DNA of 64,000 nucleotides from an uncultured Candidatus Saccharibacteria bacterium (GTDB lineage Bacteria; Patescibacteriota; Minisyncoccia; Phycocordibacterales; UBA9973): NCBI GenBank assembly GCA_964496425.1, contig CAZBZO010000001.1, positions 140,368 to 204,367 of the forward strand, read 5' to 3'. Shown piece by piece: positions 53,742 to 64,000 of this stretch (position 1 is its first letter; each line of letters starts with the position of its first letter). The notes under the pieces were generated by a model. It saw only the letters and a program-made list of their open reading frames with translations, ran no database searches and was not told where the DNA came from. The position numbers and the translations under genes were made by a program.

Positions 53742-55553
53742 TTACCGACTTCTCATCGCTGGAGCCCTCATTGCTGAGGCACCTGGACGATTGTTAACCG
53801 ATGTTGCAACCGCACGGTTCGGCATGGTCTGACGACCTTGCTGAACTGTTGGACGACTCGCGGCCTGTGAATTGAATTGAGTCGGCCGATTGCCTACATT
53901 TGCAGTTTGCAAAGTTTGTAACCCTGATTGCTGACCGGGTCTGTTCTGCAAGCTCAGACCTCCAGAATACTGCTGTGCAGTTGGTCGCGTATTTCCTTGC
54001 GCATTGTTTCCAATGCTTAGGGAATTGTTCGGCCTTACTGAACTGGCTGCAATTGCACCATTTTGGACATTTGGGCGTCCAGAATTTTGATTAATACTCA
54101 TCGAACTCGTGCTAGGAGTTTTTTGAATATTCCTCACTGGTACTTTTGAAGCATTTAGCTGGTCGGAAGTGTGAGATTTTACTCCTCCTGCCACAACGTT
54201 CGTTTTCACAGACTGCGAAATTGGTTTCACATTTTCCTTCACCGGCGACAAATTGTTTGCCGGTAAATTCAAATTCTGATTTGCAGTGACCTGTTGTGGT
54301 ATTTCCTGGGTCGGTTTCGTTGGTACGAGGTTTTTAATCCCTTTACCTTCTGATGAATTAGTATTTGAGGCCAATTCACTATTCGAACCTACGGGTTTTT
54401 TCCCACTCCCAACGAATGTTGTCTGATGCTCTGCATTTAATGCCATCCCATTTGTCTGCTCTTCAGTTACCTGAGTCGCAAATGTTTTGGGGTTAGCATT
54501 TACCGGAGTGTTGCTTGTAAACGCTGCTTGTTCAGCAGCTGTTAGTTCGCCTTCCTCCGTTCCACCTCCTGAACTTTTTCCACCTTCATTGTCACTATCT
54601 GTTTGAGCAGGACCTTCGGTCCCATCAGCAGTAGTAGCCAGACCTTCTCCATGACTCGGAGTCGGTACTGGGCCCACAACATCTGCGTGACTTGGGGTTG
54701 GTACTGGACCCTCGTCATCATGACTTGGGGTCGGTACTGGGCCCTCCACAACAACCGGCGGTGGATTGTTCACAACAGTATTATTGATATTCGTTACCGA
54801 GTTATCAACAAAAATTGTTGTATTTCCTCCTCCGCAACACATTGGTGGCGGTGGTGGCATCATTGGTGGATAACACATTGGTGGCGGCGGTGGTGGATAG
54901 TACCCCATCTGGGCACTAACACCAGCACTGAAATAAAACTCGCCCGTTGATTTATAGATCGGTTCCTGAACATTCACGTATGTAGTTTTGTAAACTACAT
55001 TTTCTACGTATGTTGTATGTCGAACAGTGTCGTTCAACACAGTCGACTCAGGAACATAATCATCATCAGGCGGAGCAGGTTGTGGCAATTCCACATATGA
55101 CCGCTCCTGCGGGTTGAGGCAAGGCCACTTACATAATATGACTTCCCCATACGTGGGATCGTCATAAATTGCAAACCATGCCCATCCATCACTTACATAC
55201 AACTGGGGATCATAAACTCCAGTCTTATGAAGCATCATGCCGTTTTTTTGTCCTTTATAATAACGGCGATAGCGAAGATGAGATTGACGGAAAAGTTCCA
55301 CCAGTTCATCCTCTGAAAGGTTAGGGTAAATGTCTGCTAAAGACACCTTCATATCACGCCAGAATTCTGGTGCAACATAAAGTGTATCTCTTCTGCCATT
55401 ATTGTAATCCTCAGCCAACTGGGCTGAGGAATCCGGCATGATTCCTACATTGTAGTTATCATGCTTTTTTTCTGCTTTCGCAGAAACAACAGAAGTAAGC
55501 GTAAGGGTAAGGGTAAATCCTAAAATTGCGATAACAAGGAACAGACTTTTCAT
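53742..55553 (-). CDS. Secreted protein with a globular N-terminal domain and a long Pro-rich, low-complexity C-terminal region
   Basis: Signal peptide; PPPPPMCYPPMMPPPPPMCC; threefold GPVPTPSH repeat. Confidence 0.5.
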   Translation of the reverse strand: MKSLFLVIAILGFTLTLTLTSVVSAKAEKKHDNYNVGIMPDSSAQLAEDYNNGRRDTLYVAPEFWRDMKVSLADIYPNLSEDELVELFRQSHLRYRRYYKGQKNGMMLHKTGVYDPQLYVSDGWAWFAIYDDPTYGEVILCKWPCLNPQERSYVELPQPAPPDDDYVPESTVLNDTVRHTTYVENVVYKTTYVNVQEPIYKSTGEFYFSAGVSAQMGYYPPPPPPMCYPPMMPPPPPMCCGGGNTTIFVDNSVTNINNTVVNNPPPVVVEGPVPTPSHDDEGPVPTPSHADVVGPVPTPSHGEGLATTADGTEGPAQTDSDNEGGKSSGGGTEEGELTAAEQAAFTSNTPVNANPKTFATQVTEEQTNGMALNAEHQTTFVGSGKKPVGSNSELASNTNSSEGKGIKNLVPTKPTQEIPQQVTANQNLNLPANNLSPVKENVKPISQSVKTNVVAGGVKSHTSDQLNASKVPVRNIQKTPSTSSMSINQNSGRPNVQNGAIAASSVRPNNSLSIGNNAQGNTRPTAQQYSGGLSLQNRPGQQSGLQTLQTANVGNRPTQFNSQAASRPTVQQGRQTMPNRAVATSVNNRPGASAMRAPAMRSR

Positions 55554-55732
55554 GGTAAAAAGGGGTTTTAGATTGTGAAAAAAGGTTAGATTTTAAGACA
55601 AAATCCCACATACCTTTTTACACAACCTAAAACGGAATTTACCCGATTCTTACTCATTATATCACCTTTGGCCTTATTTGTCAATGGGTGTTTCCTAGAG
55701 CCTTTGAGTGGCAAGTACGCTATACTATTCCT

Positions 55733-57430
55733 ATGCCACTTGATTTTGATGAAGCCAAAGACGACAAACGCATTGATGATTTGCATAAAAAAGAGGAAGA
55801 GGAGCTTGTGCAGATACTTGCCCAAGCCAAGTACGACATTCCCTACATCAATCTCCTCACCACGACCATAGAAAACGAAGCACTCCGCTTCATCACCGAG
55901 CCTGAAGCCAGGCAGCTTGAAGTAGCACCGTTCCAAATCGTCGGCAAAAAACTCAACATCGCCGTCCGCTCCCCAATCCACGAAGGGTTGGATGTTTTTC
56001 TGGAGAAAATAAAAAGCGAGGGATTTGATCCTATCGTCTACATGGCCTCCGAAGCCTCACTCGAAAAAGCGTGGAGTCGCTACAAAGAACTTTCATTCGC
56101 TTCCGAGTCGCGTACCGGTGGTCTTGATATTTCCAACGACACCTTGGCGGAAACTGCCGGCAAGGTGTCTCACATCGGCGACGTGCCACGAATTGTTGAA
56201 GAATCCATGCAAGGACACAAGACGCACAAAATCTCGCGCCTCCTTGAAATCGTGCTGGCCGGTGCTATCGCCATCAATGCATCTGACATCCACATCGAGC
56301 CCGAAGAGAGCCGCACGCGTTTGCGCTACCGTCTCGACGGCGTGCTTCAAGACGTAATGTTTTTTGATTTGGATATTTTTAAACTTCTCAACTCTCGTAT
56401 CAAGCTCCTCTCTGGTCTTAAGATCACCATTCACGACAAAGCCCAGGACGGCCGCTATAGTATTTTTATCGGCGGCGAAGAAATAAATATCCGTACCTCA
56501 CTTATCCCCGGAGCTTACGGCGAGTCTATCGTCATGCGGCTTCTCAATCCAAAATCTATCCGAGTGAAGCTCGAAGATATGGGTATTGATCCGAAATTAT
56601 TTACTGTCATTAAAAGAGAGATCTCTAAGCCAAACGGCTTGATTCTCCTCACTGGTCCGACTGGCTCGGGAAAAACCACTACATTATATGCGTTTTTACA
56701 GCATATCTATTCTGCTGAAATTAAGATTATCACCATTGAAGACCCGATCGAATATCATTTGCCTGGTCTCACGCAGACTCAAACAGAGAAAGGCTATACA
56801 TTTCTCGAAGGTCTCCGCTCAGCGCTCCGACAAGATCCAGACGTCATTATGGTGGGAGAAATCCGTGATTCGGAAACTGCCAAGACTGCAATCGAGTCAG
56901 CGCTCACTGGCCACTTGGTATTTTCAACACTTCACACCAACGATGCTGCGGGAGTGATTCCTCGCCTCATTGATCTTGATGTCAATCCAAAAATTTTAGT
57001 CTCAGCATTATCACTCTCTATCGCCCAGCGTCTGGTCCGCAAACTCTGCGCATCATGCAAGAGCGCACGAGAACCATCGCCTGAAGACGAAACACTCATC
57101 CGAACAATTCTCCAAAATGCCGTCGCCCTTGGTAAAGATCTTTCTTCATATAACGTCACTCCCGATCAAAAAATTGTGATCTATGAAGCGCCAGGATGCG
57201 CGACATGCAACAACACTGGCTACAGTGGACGTATGGGAATATTTGAAGCGATTCAAACTGATGCGGAAATAGAAAAAATAATTACCGTCAACCCAAGTGA
57301 CCGTGAAATAAAAAAAATAGCAGCAGCACAAGGACTCCTCGATATGCGCGAAGACGGTATCATAAAAATCCTCGCAGGATCCACCTCTCTTTCAGAAGTG
57401 AAAAGTGTCGTAGATCTTTATGAGAAGTAA
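55733..57430 (+). CDS. pilB: Type IV pilus / type II secretion ATPase (PilB/GspE family)
   Basis: Walker A LLTGPTGSGKTTT; Asp box; His box …VFSTLHTNDAAG…; C-terminal tetracysteine. Confidence 0.85.
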   Translation: MPLDFDEAKDDKRIDDLHKKEEEELVQILAQAKYDIPYINLLTTTIENEALRFITEPEARQLEVAPFQIVGKKLNIAVRSPIHEGLDVFLEKIKSEGFDPIVYMASEASLEKAWSRYKELSFASESRTGGLDISNDTLAETAGKVSHIGDVPRIVEESMQGHKTHKISRLLEIVLAGAIAINASDIHIEPEESRTRLRYRLDGVLQDVMFFDLDIFKLLNSRIKLLSGLKITIHDKAQDGRYSIFIGGEEINIRTSLIPGAYGESIVMRLLNPKSIRVKLEDMGIDPKLFTVIKREISKPNGLILLTGPTGSGKTTTLYAFLQHIYSAEIKIITIEDPIEYHLPGLTQTQTEKGYTFLEGLRSALRQDPDVIMVGEIRDSETAKTAIESALTGHLVFSTLHTNDAAGVIPRLIDLDVNPKILVSALSLSIAQRLVRKLCASCKSAREPSPEDETLIRTILQNAVALGKDLSSYNVTPDQKIVIYEAPGCATCNNTGYSGRMGIFEAIQTDAEIEKIITVNPSDREIKKIAAAQGLLDMREDGIIKILAGSTSLSEVKSVVDLYEK

Positions 57431-57436
57431 ATAAAA

Positions 57437-57482
57437 AAATACGTGAACAGAGAATTCTATTCTCCACTCACGTATTTTTTTA
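57437..57482 (+). terminator. Terminator after pilB
   Basis: aaatacgtga…tcacgtattt stem plus ttttttt. Confidence 0.45.
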
Positions 57483-57774
57483 TTATCCCCAAAAACAAAA
57501 AGAACATAAATCTCTAAACAATCCTTGCATACCATCCGGAACACAAGTAAAAGATTCTTAAAGGATGGACCCAGTAGTCTAATAATAGAAACCAGAACGT
57601 CCTTTGCAAAACTCTAGAGGCCATTGGCCTGATTGCTTAGAGATTTATGTCCTCTCTAGCGCTTCATTACTATAACAAAGACCTCTTTACAGTGCCCAAC
57701 AAAACAGTGATATACTCTGTGTATAAGTTGTGTATAATTGAGCCACAAAGCAAATATAGCATATTTAAAATATA

Positions 57775-58800
57775 ATGTCAAGCACACCCTCAAAAAACCC
57801 AATAGCTGGCACGCCTGATGACGTATTTATCGATCAAACCTTACGACCAGGAAATTGGGATGAATATATTGGCCAGGATCCAATAAAAGAAAATATCCGC
57901 ATACTTTTAGGAGCGGCAGCGCTTCGAAACGAGCCAGCTGAACATATTCTCTTCCATGGACCACCAGGGCTGGGCAAAACAACCCTCGCTCATTTGATCG
58001 CCAAAGAAACTGGCCGCCAGCTCAAAGTCACCTCAGGCCCGGCGATAGAAAAAGTCGGGGACTTGGCCTCCATACTCACCAATCTCTCCCCTGGCGATAT
58101 TTTATTTATAGATGAAGTTCATCGTTTAAATAAAATGATCGAGGAAGTTCTCTACCCCGCGATGGAAAGCGGCGTCCTCGATATTATTATCGGCAAAGGT
58201 CCGTCTGCGCGCACGATCCAGCTTGATCTACCGCAATTTACCCTGATCGCAGCTACGACCCGGATCGCTCTTCTCTCTGCACCACTTCGATCACGCTTTT
58301 CAGGCGGCACTTTTCGTCTTGAATACTACAACCAAGCGGAGATAGAAAAAATAATTAAGCGTTCAGCGCACATTTTAGGTATTGCCATCGATGAAGACGG
58401 CATCAAAGAAATCGCTCTTCGTTCACGGTTCACTCCGCGCACCGCCAACTATTTTCTAAAACGCGCGCGCGACTATGCTCAAGTCAATAAAAAAGACTTA
58501 GATAAAAAAACTGTTTTCTTAGCGCTCTCCTTGCTTGGTATCGACGAGCTCGGGCTTTCGGAAACCGACCGAGGCATCCTGCGTGTGATTATCGAAAAAT
58601 TCCGCGGCGGACCAGTGGGCCTTGGCACGATCGCTGCTGCCACATCAGAAGAAGAGGCAACAATTGAAGAAGTCGTTGAACCCTACTTAATTCAACGAGG
58701 TCTTCTTGAACGCACTCCCCGCGGTCGCACCGCCACAAAAGCTGCATATGAACATCTTGGGTTTGATTTTATCGAACCAAAACAAGAAAAGCTCTTGTAA
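57775..58800 (+). CDS. ruvB: Holliday junction DNA helicase RuvB
   Basis: Walker A GPPGLGKTT, Walker B ILFIDEVHRL, sensor motifs. Confidence 0.9.
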   Translation: MSSTPSKNPIAGTPDDVFIDQTLRPGNWDEYIGQDPIKENIRILLGAAALRNEPAEHILFHGPPGLGKTTLAHLIAKETGRQLKVTSGPAIEKVGDLASILTNLSPGDILFIDEVHRLNKMIEEVLYPAMESGVLDIIIGKGPSARTIQLDLPQFTLIAATTRIALLSAPLRSRFSGGTFRLEYYNQAEIEKIIKRSAHILGIAIDEDGIKEIALRSRFTPRTANYFLKRARDYAQVNKKDLDKKTVFLALSLLGIDELGLSETDRGILRVIIEKFRGGPVGLGTIAAATSEEEATIEEVVEPYLIQRGLLERTPRGRTATKAAYEHLGFDFIEPKQEKLL

Positions 58801-58832
58801 TTTTTTACTTACTATTAACTACTTACTGCGCC

Positions 58833-59369
58833 ATGTCCGGTCATAATAAATGGTCACAAATAAAGAGACAGAAGGGCGCTTCCGACGCCAAGAAAAGCCA
58901 AATGTTTGGCAAACTTTCGCGCTTGATCTCCACCCAAGTAAAGCTCGCCAAAGGTGACAAAAACAGTGCCGCAGTGAAAGCCGCAATAGAAAAAGCCCGT
59001 GCTATTAATATGCCCGTGGATACCATCGATCGTGCTATCGCCAAAGCGACCGACGTACGAGATCTTGAAACAATAGTCTATGAAGCGTATGGACCCGCAG
59101 GTGTTGGTATTATCATCGAAGCCCTGACAGACAACCGCAATAAGGCGGCACAAGAAATAAAGTTTATCTTAAGCAAACATGGGGCAAGTTTGGGAGCGAT
59201 CGGTTCGGTTACCTGGGCATTTGCAAAAGAAAATACACCGGAGGGAATGACGTGGAAGCCAGTAACTATGGTATCTATCCCCGAAGACAACTCGCCGGCA
59301 CTTGAAGCATTGATCGATGAGCTCGAGGAAAACGAAGAAGTACAAGACGTGTTTACGAATGCGGAATAA
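58833..59369 (+). CDS. yebC: YebC/PmpR-family transcriptional regulator (short form, 178 aa)
   Basis: MSGHNKWSQIKRQK start and YEAYGPAGVGIIIEALTDNRNK block. Confidence 0.8.
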   Translation: MSGHNKWSQIKRQKGASDAKKSQMFGKLSRLISTQVKLAKGDKNSAAVKAAIEKARAINMPVDTIDRAIAKATDVRDLETIVYEAYGPAGVGIIIEALTDNRNKAAQEIKFILSKHGASLGAIGSVTWAFAKENTPEGMTWKPVTMVSIPEDNSPALEALIDELEENEEVQDVFTNAE

Positions 59370-59429
59370 AAATATTGGGTGTAAATTTTAATACTTTATA
59401 CTTCATACGTAATACTTTATACTAGAGCA

Positions 59430-59906
59430 ATGAAAATCCTTGCTATCGACCCTGGATACGAGCGCCTCGGCATCGCTATTGTTGAAAAAATAAATAGCAA
59501 AGAAATCGTGCTTTATTCTGAATGTTTTAAAACATCTGCAAAACTGACATTTGGTGAACGTTTAGCACTACTTGGAGAAAAAATCGAAGACATCATAAAA
59601 ACTTTCACACCACAAGCACTGGCGATCGAGAAACTATACCTTTCGGTTAACCAAAAAACTGCCATGAACGTCGCCGAAGCACGCGGAGTAATGGTGTATG
59701 AAGCCGCTAAGGCTGGTTTGGCAATATTTGAATACACGCCGCTTGAAATAAAAATTGCAGTTGCAGGACACGGGCGTGCGACAAAAGAAGAAGTAATCAA
59801 GATGGCAAAAAAGCTCGTCGTTGTACGAGACGGTGCCTTGCTCGACGACGAGCTTGATGCGATTGCGATCGGACTCACGTGTTTTGCACGAGAACGGTTT
59901 AAATAA
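59430..59906 (+). CDS. ruvC: Crossover junction endodeoxyribonuclease RuvC
   Basis: ILAIDPGYERLGIAIVE start and C-terminal …DELDAIAIGLTCF. Confidence 0.85.
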   Translation: MKILAIDPGYERLGIAIVEKINSKEIVLYSECFKTSAKLTFGERLALLGEKIEDIIKTFTPQALAIEKLYLSVNQKTAMNVAEARGVMVYEAAKAGLAIFEYTPLEIKIAVAGHGRATKEEVIKMAKKLVVVRDGALLDDELDAIAIGLTCFARERFK

Positions 59907-60130
59907 CGAATAATTGGATTTTTATTTGAGCAGTTATCCACAGTTTTGTCTGTTCCCTCTTGCACACTCGAAATGATTTTGATAAAAATATAAAGCGGTA
60001 TTCGCATTTATATTAGCTCCTCGGCCCGGACATGAAAAAATATTTTTTGCGTCACTCGCTCTACGTCGCTAATAGCAAATCTAAAAAGAACTTATCTTTA
60101 AGATCATAATTATTAATATAAAAATTTTAC

Positions 60131-60286
60131 ATGGATTACGACGACAAACTTGAACCCGAAGGTGAAATAGATATTGACAAGCTTGCTGAGCTCGATGATG
60201 GTCTCGCTGATGACGCGAGTGTCTTTGACGACATGGACGATGGAGGCTTCGCTCACGCTGAAGAGGAGGAAGAAGAATTGATATAA
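60131..60286 (+). CDS. Possible small highly acidic protein (51 aa)
   Basis: Unannotated short ORF MDYDDKLEPEGEIDID…EEEEEELI followed directly by a terminator hairpin. Confidence 0.3.
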   Translation: MDYDDKLEPEGEIDIDKLAELDDGLADDASVFDDMDDGGFAHAEEEEEELI

Positions 60287-60317
60287 AAAACTGCCCGAAA
60301 TTTCGGGCAGTTTTTTA
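60286..60317. terminator. Bidirectional terminator (ctgcccgaaatttcgggcag plus T-runs on both sides)
   Basis: Perfect hairpin between convergent genes. Confidence 0.5.
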
Positions 60318-61736
60318 TTCTAAAATAATTTTTACAAACCGATGCTTGCCGATACGAATCACGACCGGCTTTTCTATTTTTGTTTTGAGATCGGTGATAG
60401 ATTTTTCCTTTTCTCCTTCGTCCTGTAGGATTTTTATCGCTCCTTGGTCAACCAGTCGGCTAAAATCTGACTTTGACTCAACAAGTTTTTTTTCTAGGAG
60501 AAAATCTGACAGCATTATACCTTCCGCTACGGTATATTCAGCCATGTTTTCAGGGATTTCTTTTTTTTGAAACTTCGTCACAAAATCTTCTTCGGCAGCT
60601 ACTGCGGCAGCTTCACCGTGGTAGATCGCCACGATAATACGCGCGAGTTTCATCTTTATATCACGAGGGTTTACTGATGCATGAAGTAAAGATTCAGAAA
60701 TGATGGCGATCTCAGAGAGCGGAAGCGGCGTCGCAAGCTCAAAGTACCGGACAATACATGCGTCCGGAATCGACATTACCTTACCGTACATGTCTGCCGG
60801 AACATCAGTAATACCGATGTAATTATCTAAACTCTTGGACATTTTTTCTTTTCCATCAAGACCTTCAAGGAGTTCAAACGAAAGCACTGCTTGCGGCGCC
60901 TGATGATGGAGCTTCATCATGTCGCGTCCCATCAACATATTGAATGTCTGATCAGTACCACCAACCTCTAAGTCACAAGCGCCGTAGATATGATTGAGCA
61001 CGACAGAATCAATACCTTGCAAGACTGGGTACATCATCTCATGCATATAGAGTTCCCCTCCGCTTTTGAGGCGATCTTGAAACATATCGCGCTCAATAAG
61101 CCGCGCATGGGTAAGATGTTTCAATGCCCATAAAAATCCTGTAAGGGTGATAACGGAGATCTTATCTTTGAGCTTCAGATCGCGCACCTGCATCCGGCTC
61201 TGTTCAAACACGATCGCCTTGCCGACAAACGAATTCGGAGCGAGAGGTACTTTGGTGGTTTTTCCTTTATCGGTAACATCCATGCTTACCTTATAATCGT
61301 CTGGTAAATTGAGATCAGTAATGTTAGTAAACCAATCTGAGTTTCGAATCCAAGAAAAATGTAGAGGATCGGTACGGAGAATTTTTGCTACTTGGGCCAC
61401 ATAAGTCGCCGCGTTGGCGTCCACCTCAGCTTGTTCTATTTCAGGACGAGCTTTATTTTTACCAGTCGGATCGCCGATCCGAGCAGTATAATCACCAACA
61501 ATAAAAACTATCTTACAACCAATATCCTGAAGGGCACGAAGTTTACGCAAAATAACAGCATGCCCCAAATGGATATCAGGGCGGTTGGGATCAGCACCGA
61601 GTTTGATAATAATATCTTTGGTATACGTTCCGCGAACTTTGCCGAGAAGCTTTTCTTTAAATGTTCCGTCGGGATCGGTAAAATTGCCCACCGCACGGGT
61701 CAGTATGTCATCGATCTCGTTCTCATTCGTCTTCAT
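60315..61736 (-). CDS. tyrS: Tyrosyl-tRNA synthetase with a C-terminal S4-like domain
   Basis: Class I motifs HLGH (PDIHLGHAV) and KMSKS. The alternative upstream start at 61760 is less likely. Confidence 0.9.
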   Translation of the reverse strand: MKTNENEIDDILTRAVGNFTDPDGTFKEKLLGKVRGTYTKDIIIKLGADPNRPDIHLGHAVILRKLRALQDIGCKIVFIVGDYTARIGDPTGKNKARPEIEQAEVDANAATYVAQVAKILRTDPLHFSWIRNSDWFTNITDLNLPDDYKVSMDVTDKGKTTKVPLAPNSFVGKAIVFEQSRMQVRDLKLKDKISVITLTGFLWALKHLTHARLIERDMFQDRLKSGGELYMHEMMYPVLQGIDSVVLNHIYGACDLEVGGTDQTFNMLMGRDMMKLHHQAPQAVLSFELLEGLDGKEKMSKSLDNYIGITDVPADMYGKVMSIPDACIVRYFELATPLPLSEIAIISESLLHASVNPRDIKMKLARIIVAIYHGEAAAVAAEEDFVTKFQKKEIPENMAEYTVAEGIMLSDFLLEKKLVESKSDFSRLVDQGAIKILQDEGEKEKSITDLKTKIEKPVVIRIGKHRFVKIILE

Positions 61737-61834
61737 GTGAAGTACTCTAACATAAATCATTTTTTTTGTCCTCGAAAGCTCCCAGTCTGTATAAGTGCCC
61801 TACATCAGACCCGGCTCTATGGTAGAATTTCCAC

Positions 61835-64000
61835 ATGCACGCAAAACATCACATATCAAAAAAACATATTGTTCGTAATATCATCCTAGCGCTTTTGGGA
61901 CTCGGCGCTATTATTTTTGGCATTACGCTTATCTGGATCTCAACATTAAAACTCCCCGACCTTGAATCATTTGATGCCCGAAAGGTTGCGAACTCCACCA
62001 AGATTTACGACCGCACCGGCGAGGTCGTACTCTATGATCTTCACGACGAAGTCAAACGCACTGTTATTCCATTTGATTCAATGGGTATCTATATCAAAAA
62101 CGCTACGGTTGCCATTGAAGACTCAGAGTTTTACCAACACCATGGTATTCGGGTAAAAGCGATTATGCGGGCAGTATTTACCAATCTCTTAAACGGCGAT
62201 CTTTTGGGAGGACAGGGCGGTTCAACGATCACCCAGCAAGTCGTAAAAAATACGCTTTTAACAAGCGATCGGACTATTACGAGAAAAATAAAAGAATGGG
62301 TGTTGGCACTTAAAATGGAAACCATTATGAGTAAAGAAGAAATTCTCGCTCTCTATTTAAATGACATCCCCTATGGCGGCAACCATTACGGCATCGAGGA
62401 AGCATCAAAAAACTTCTTTGGTATTGATCCGGCTGATCTTTCGCTCGCTCAAGCAAGCTATCTGGCTGCTATTCCCAAAGCGCCGACTTTTTTCTCACCA
62501 TACGGCACCAACCGTGACAAGCTCGAAGATCGTAAAAATACAGTGCTCTTTCGAATGAAAGAACTTGGCTTTATTACCGAGGAAGAATACACCGCTGCCT
62601 TAGCTGAAGTCGTGACATTTTTACCGAGTGAAGCCGGCGGTATCAAGGCACCTCATTTTGTTTTTTTCATCAAACAATATCTTGAAGAAAAATATGGCGC
62701 CGACATGGTGGAATCCGGTGGACTCAAGGTTATTACAACACTGGACTATAAACTTCAAGAACGAGCAGAGAAAATCATTTTCGATTATATGAAGGGTGAT
62801 AAAAAAGGCACTATGACGGATGAGAATGCAGGCCTACTTGCGATGGATCCAAAAACAGGACAGATTCTCGTCATGGTTGGCTCGCGAGATTATTTTGATG
62901 AGGAAATTGACGGCAATTTCAATGTCACACTTGCGCAGCGCCAGCCAGGATCCTCATTTAAACCATTCGTGTATTCAACTGCATTTAAAAAAGGATACAC
63001 GCCTGAAACTGTTCTCTTCGATGTCCCAACAGAATTTTCTACTTTATGTGATTCATATGGATTTCCCAATCCTGGAGTGAGCGCTGATGCGTGTTATATG
63101 CCACAAAACTATGATGGTCTCTATCACGGTCCAATGACAATTCGTGAGGCCCTAGGACGCTCTATGAACGTTCCGGCTGTAGAGACGCTCTACTTAGCAG
63201 GAATAGATGATTCAATCAAAACAGCGAAGGATATGGGCATCACGACCTTGGTAGATCGGAGTAGATACGGACTCTCTCTGGTCTTAGGAGGCGGTGAAGT
63301 GCGATTAGTGGAAATGGTCGGAGCGTACGGATCATTCGCAACTGGTGGCACTCGCCATCCATACACTGGTATTCTTTCTATCTCCACATCGGACGGGAAA
63401 GAACTGGAAGCATTTACTGATTCTTCACTTTCAGTGCTCCCAGAAAACGTCGCACTTCAAATCAGTGATATCTTATCTGACAACGAAGCACGAACTCCGA
63501 CATTTGGTGCCAATTCAAAATTATATTTCCCTGGCCGACAAGTCGCTGTTAAAACTGGAACAACGAACGATTTTAAAGATTCGTGGATTATTGGATATAC
63601 ACCCTCTTTTGTAGCAGGAGCGTGGGTGGGTAAAAACGACAATACTGCGATGAAAAAAGGTGTTTCTAGTGCTCCATTTTGGCATGATTTTATGGAAGCG
63701 ACTCTAGCTGAACTGCCGTCGGAAAATTTTGAAAAACCCACCCTGGACGATCCTGAGACTTTGAAGCCAGTACTTCGTGGTATTTGGCAAGGCGGAGCCA
63801 ATTTTACAATCGACAGTATCTCTGGCAAACTCGCGACTGATCTCACCCCTATTGAGACGCGCGTAGATAAAGTCTCTCCAAATGTTCACTCAATACTTCA
63901 TTGGGTAGATAAAAACGATCCACGCGGACCAATACCCGAGAATCCTGCCAACGATCCTGCGTATATTCACTGGGAGACGGCAGTACAAAATTGGTGGAGT
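61835..64000 (+). CDS. Penicillin-binding protein 1A (bifunctional GT51 transglycosylase/transpeptidase), 3'-truncated at the window edge
   Basis: N-terminal TM segment; GT51 motifs EDSEFYQHHGI, GGSTITQQ; transpeptidase blocks further downstream. Frame open to 64000. Confidence 0.85.
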   Translation, partial: MHAKHHISKKHIVRNIILALLGLGAIIFGITLIWISTLKLPDLESFDARKVANSTKIYDRTGEVVLYDLHDEVKRTVIPFDSMGIYIKNATVAIEDSEFYQHHGIRVKAIMRAVFTNLLNGDLLGGQGGSTITQQVVKNTLLTSDRTITRKIKEWVLALKMETIMSKEEILALYLNDIPYGGNHYGIEEASKNFFGIDPADLSLAQASYLAAIPKAPTFFSPYGTNRDKLEDRKNTVLFRMKELGFITEEEYTAALAEVVTFLPSEAGGIKAPHFVFFIKQYLEEKYGADMVESGGLKVITTLDYKLQERAEKIIFDYMKGDKKGTMTDENAGLLAMDPKTGQILVMVGSRDYFDEEIDGNFNVTLAQRQPGSSFKPFVYSTAFKKGYTPETVLFDVPTEFSTLCDSYGFPNPGVSADACYMPQNYDGLYHGPMTIREALGRSMNVPAVETLYLAGIDDSIKTAKDMGITTLVDRSRYGLSLVLGGGEVRLVEMVGAYGSFATGGTRHPYTGILSISTSDGKELEAFTDSSLSVLPENVALQISDILSDNEARTPTFGANSKLYFPGRQVAVKTGTTNDFKDSWIIGYTPSFVAGAWVGKNDNTAMKKGVSSAPFWHDFMEATLAELPSENFEKPTLDDPETLKPVLRGIWQGGANFTIDSISGKLATDLTPIETRVDKVSPNVHSILHWVDKNDPRGPIPENPANDPAYIHWETAVQNWWS

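Noticed and set aside
54630-54780. Short tandem DNA repeats (about 39-nt unit)
   Set aside because: In-frame GPVPTPSH peptide repeats inside the Pro-rich secreted protein gene; not an array.

Overview
This 64 kb window reads as a compact, small-genome bacterial chromosome segment, roughly 45% GC by eye, with gene content resembling Patescibacteria/CPR. The content points that way: an rplS with a C-terminal extension, pilM-N-O plus a PilB ATPase, short yebC and tsaE, and many secreted repeat proteins. Housekeeping genes include ahcY, an adenosine-kinase-like PfkB gene, rplS, rluD-like, rpsT, ruvA, mutM, ruvB-yebC-ruvC, polA, tsaE, tyrS, pyrD/pyrE/pyrF and PBP1A (partial at the 3' edge). There are 8 tRNA genes, two ECF sigma/anti-sigma modules, disulfide-bond machinery (VKOR, a DsbA-like/DsbB-like pair, a glutaredoxin-like protein) and several large secreted or surface repeat proteins, two of them with T9SS-type C-terminal sorting domains. 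No rRNA and no CRISPR array is present. The most unusual signal is a family of small elements (about 145-290 bp) sitting immediately 3' of three minus-strand tRNA genes (His, Arg, Lys). Each ends in a duplicate of the 3' end of its own tRNA (two of three with an encoded CCA), and all share conserved sequence blocks and a covarying hairpin with an AAGCAGTT loop. Two tRNAs (Val, Lys) also have an upstream motif carrying a copy of the tRNA 5' end. Other points of interest are two further intergenic structured-repeat families (one with a compensatory base change, one with AATTACGA-type terminal inverted repeats and a possible in-frame footprint inside mutM), a tandem pair of about 580 aa Cys-rich multi-zinc-ribbon paralogs, and a yqgF 5'-end duplication bracketing an inserted two-gene cassette that encodes a HEXXH metallopeptidase-like protein.
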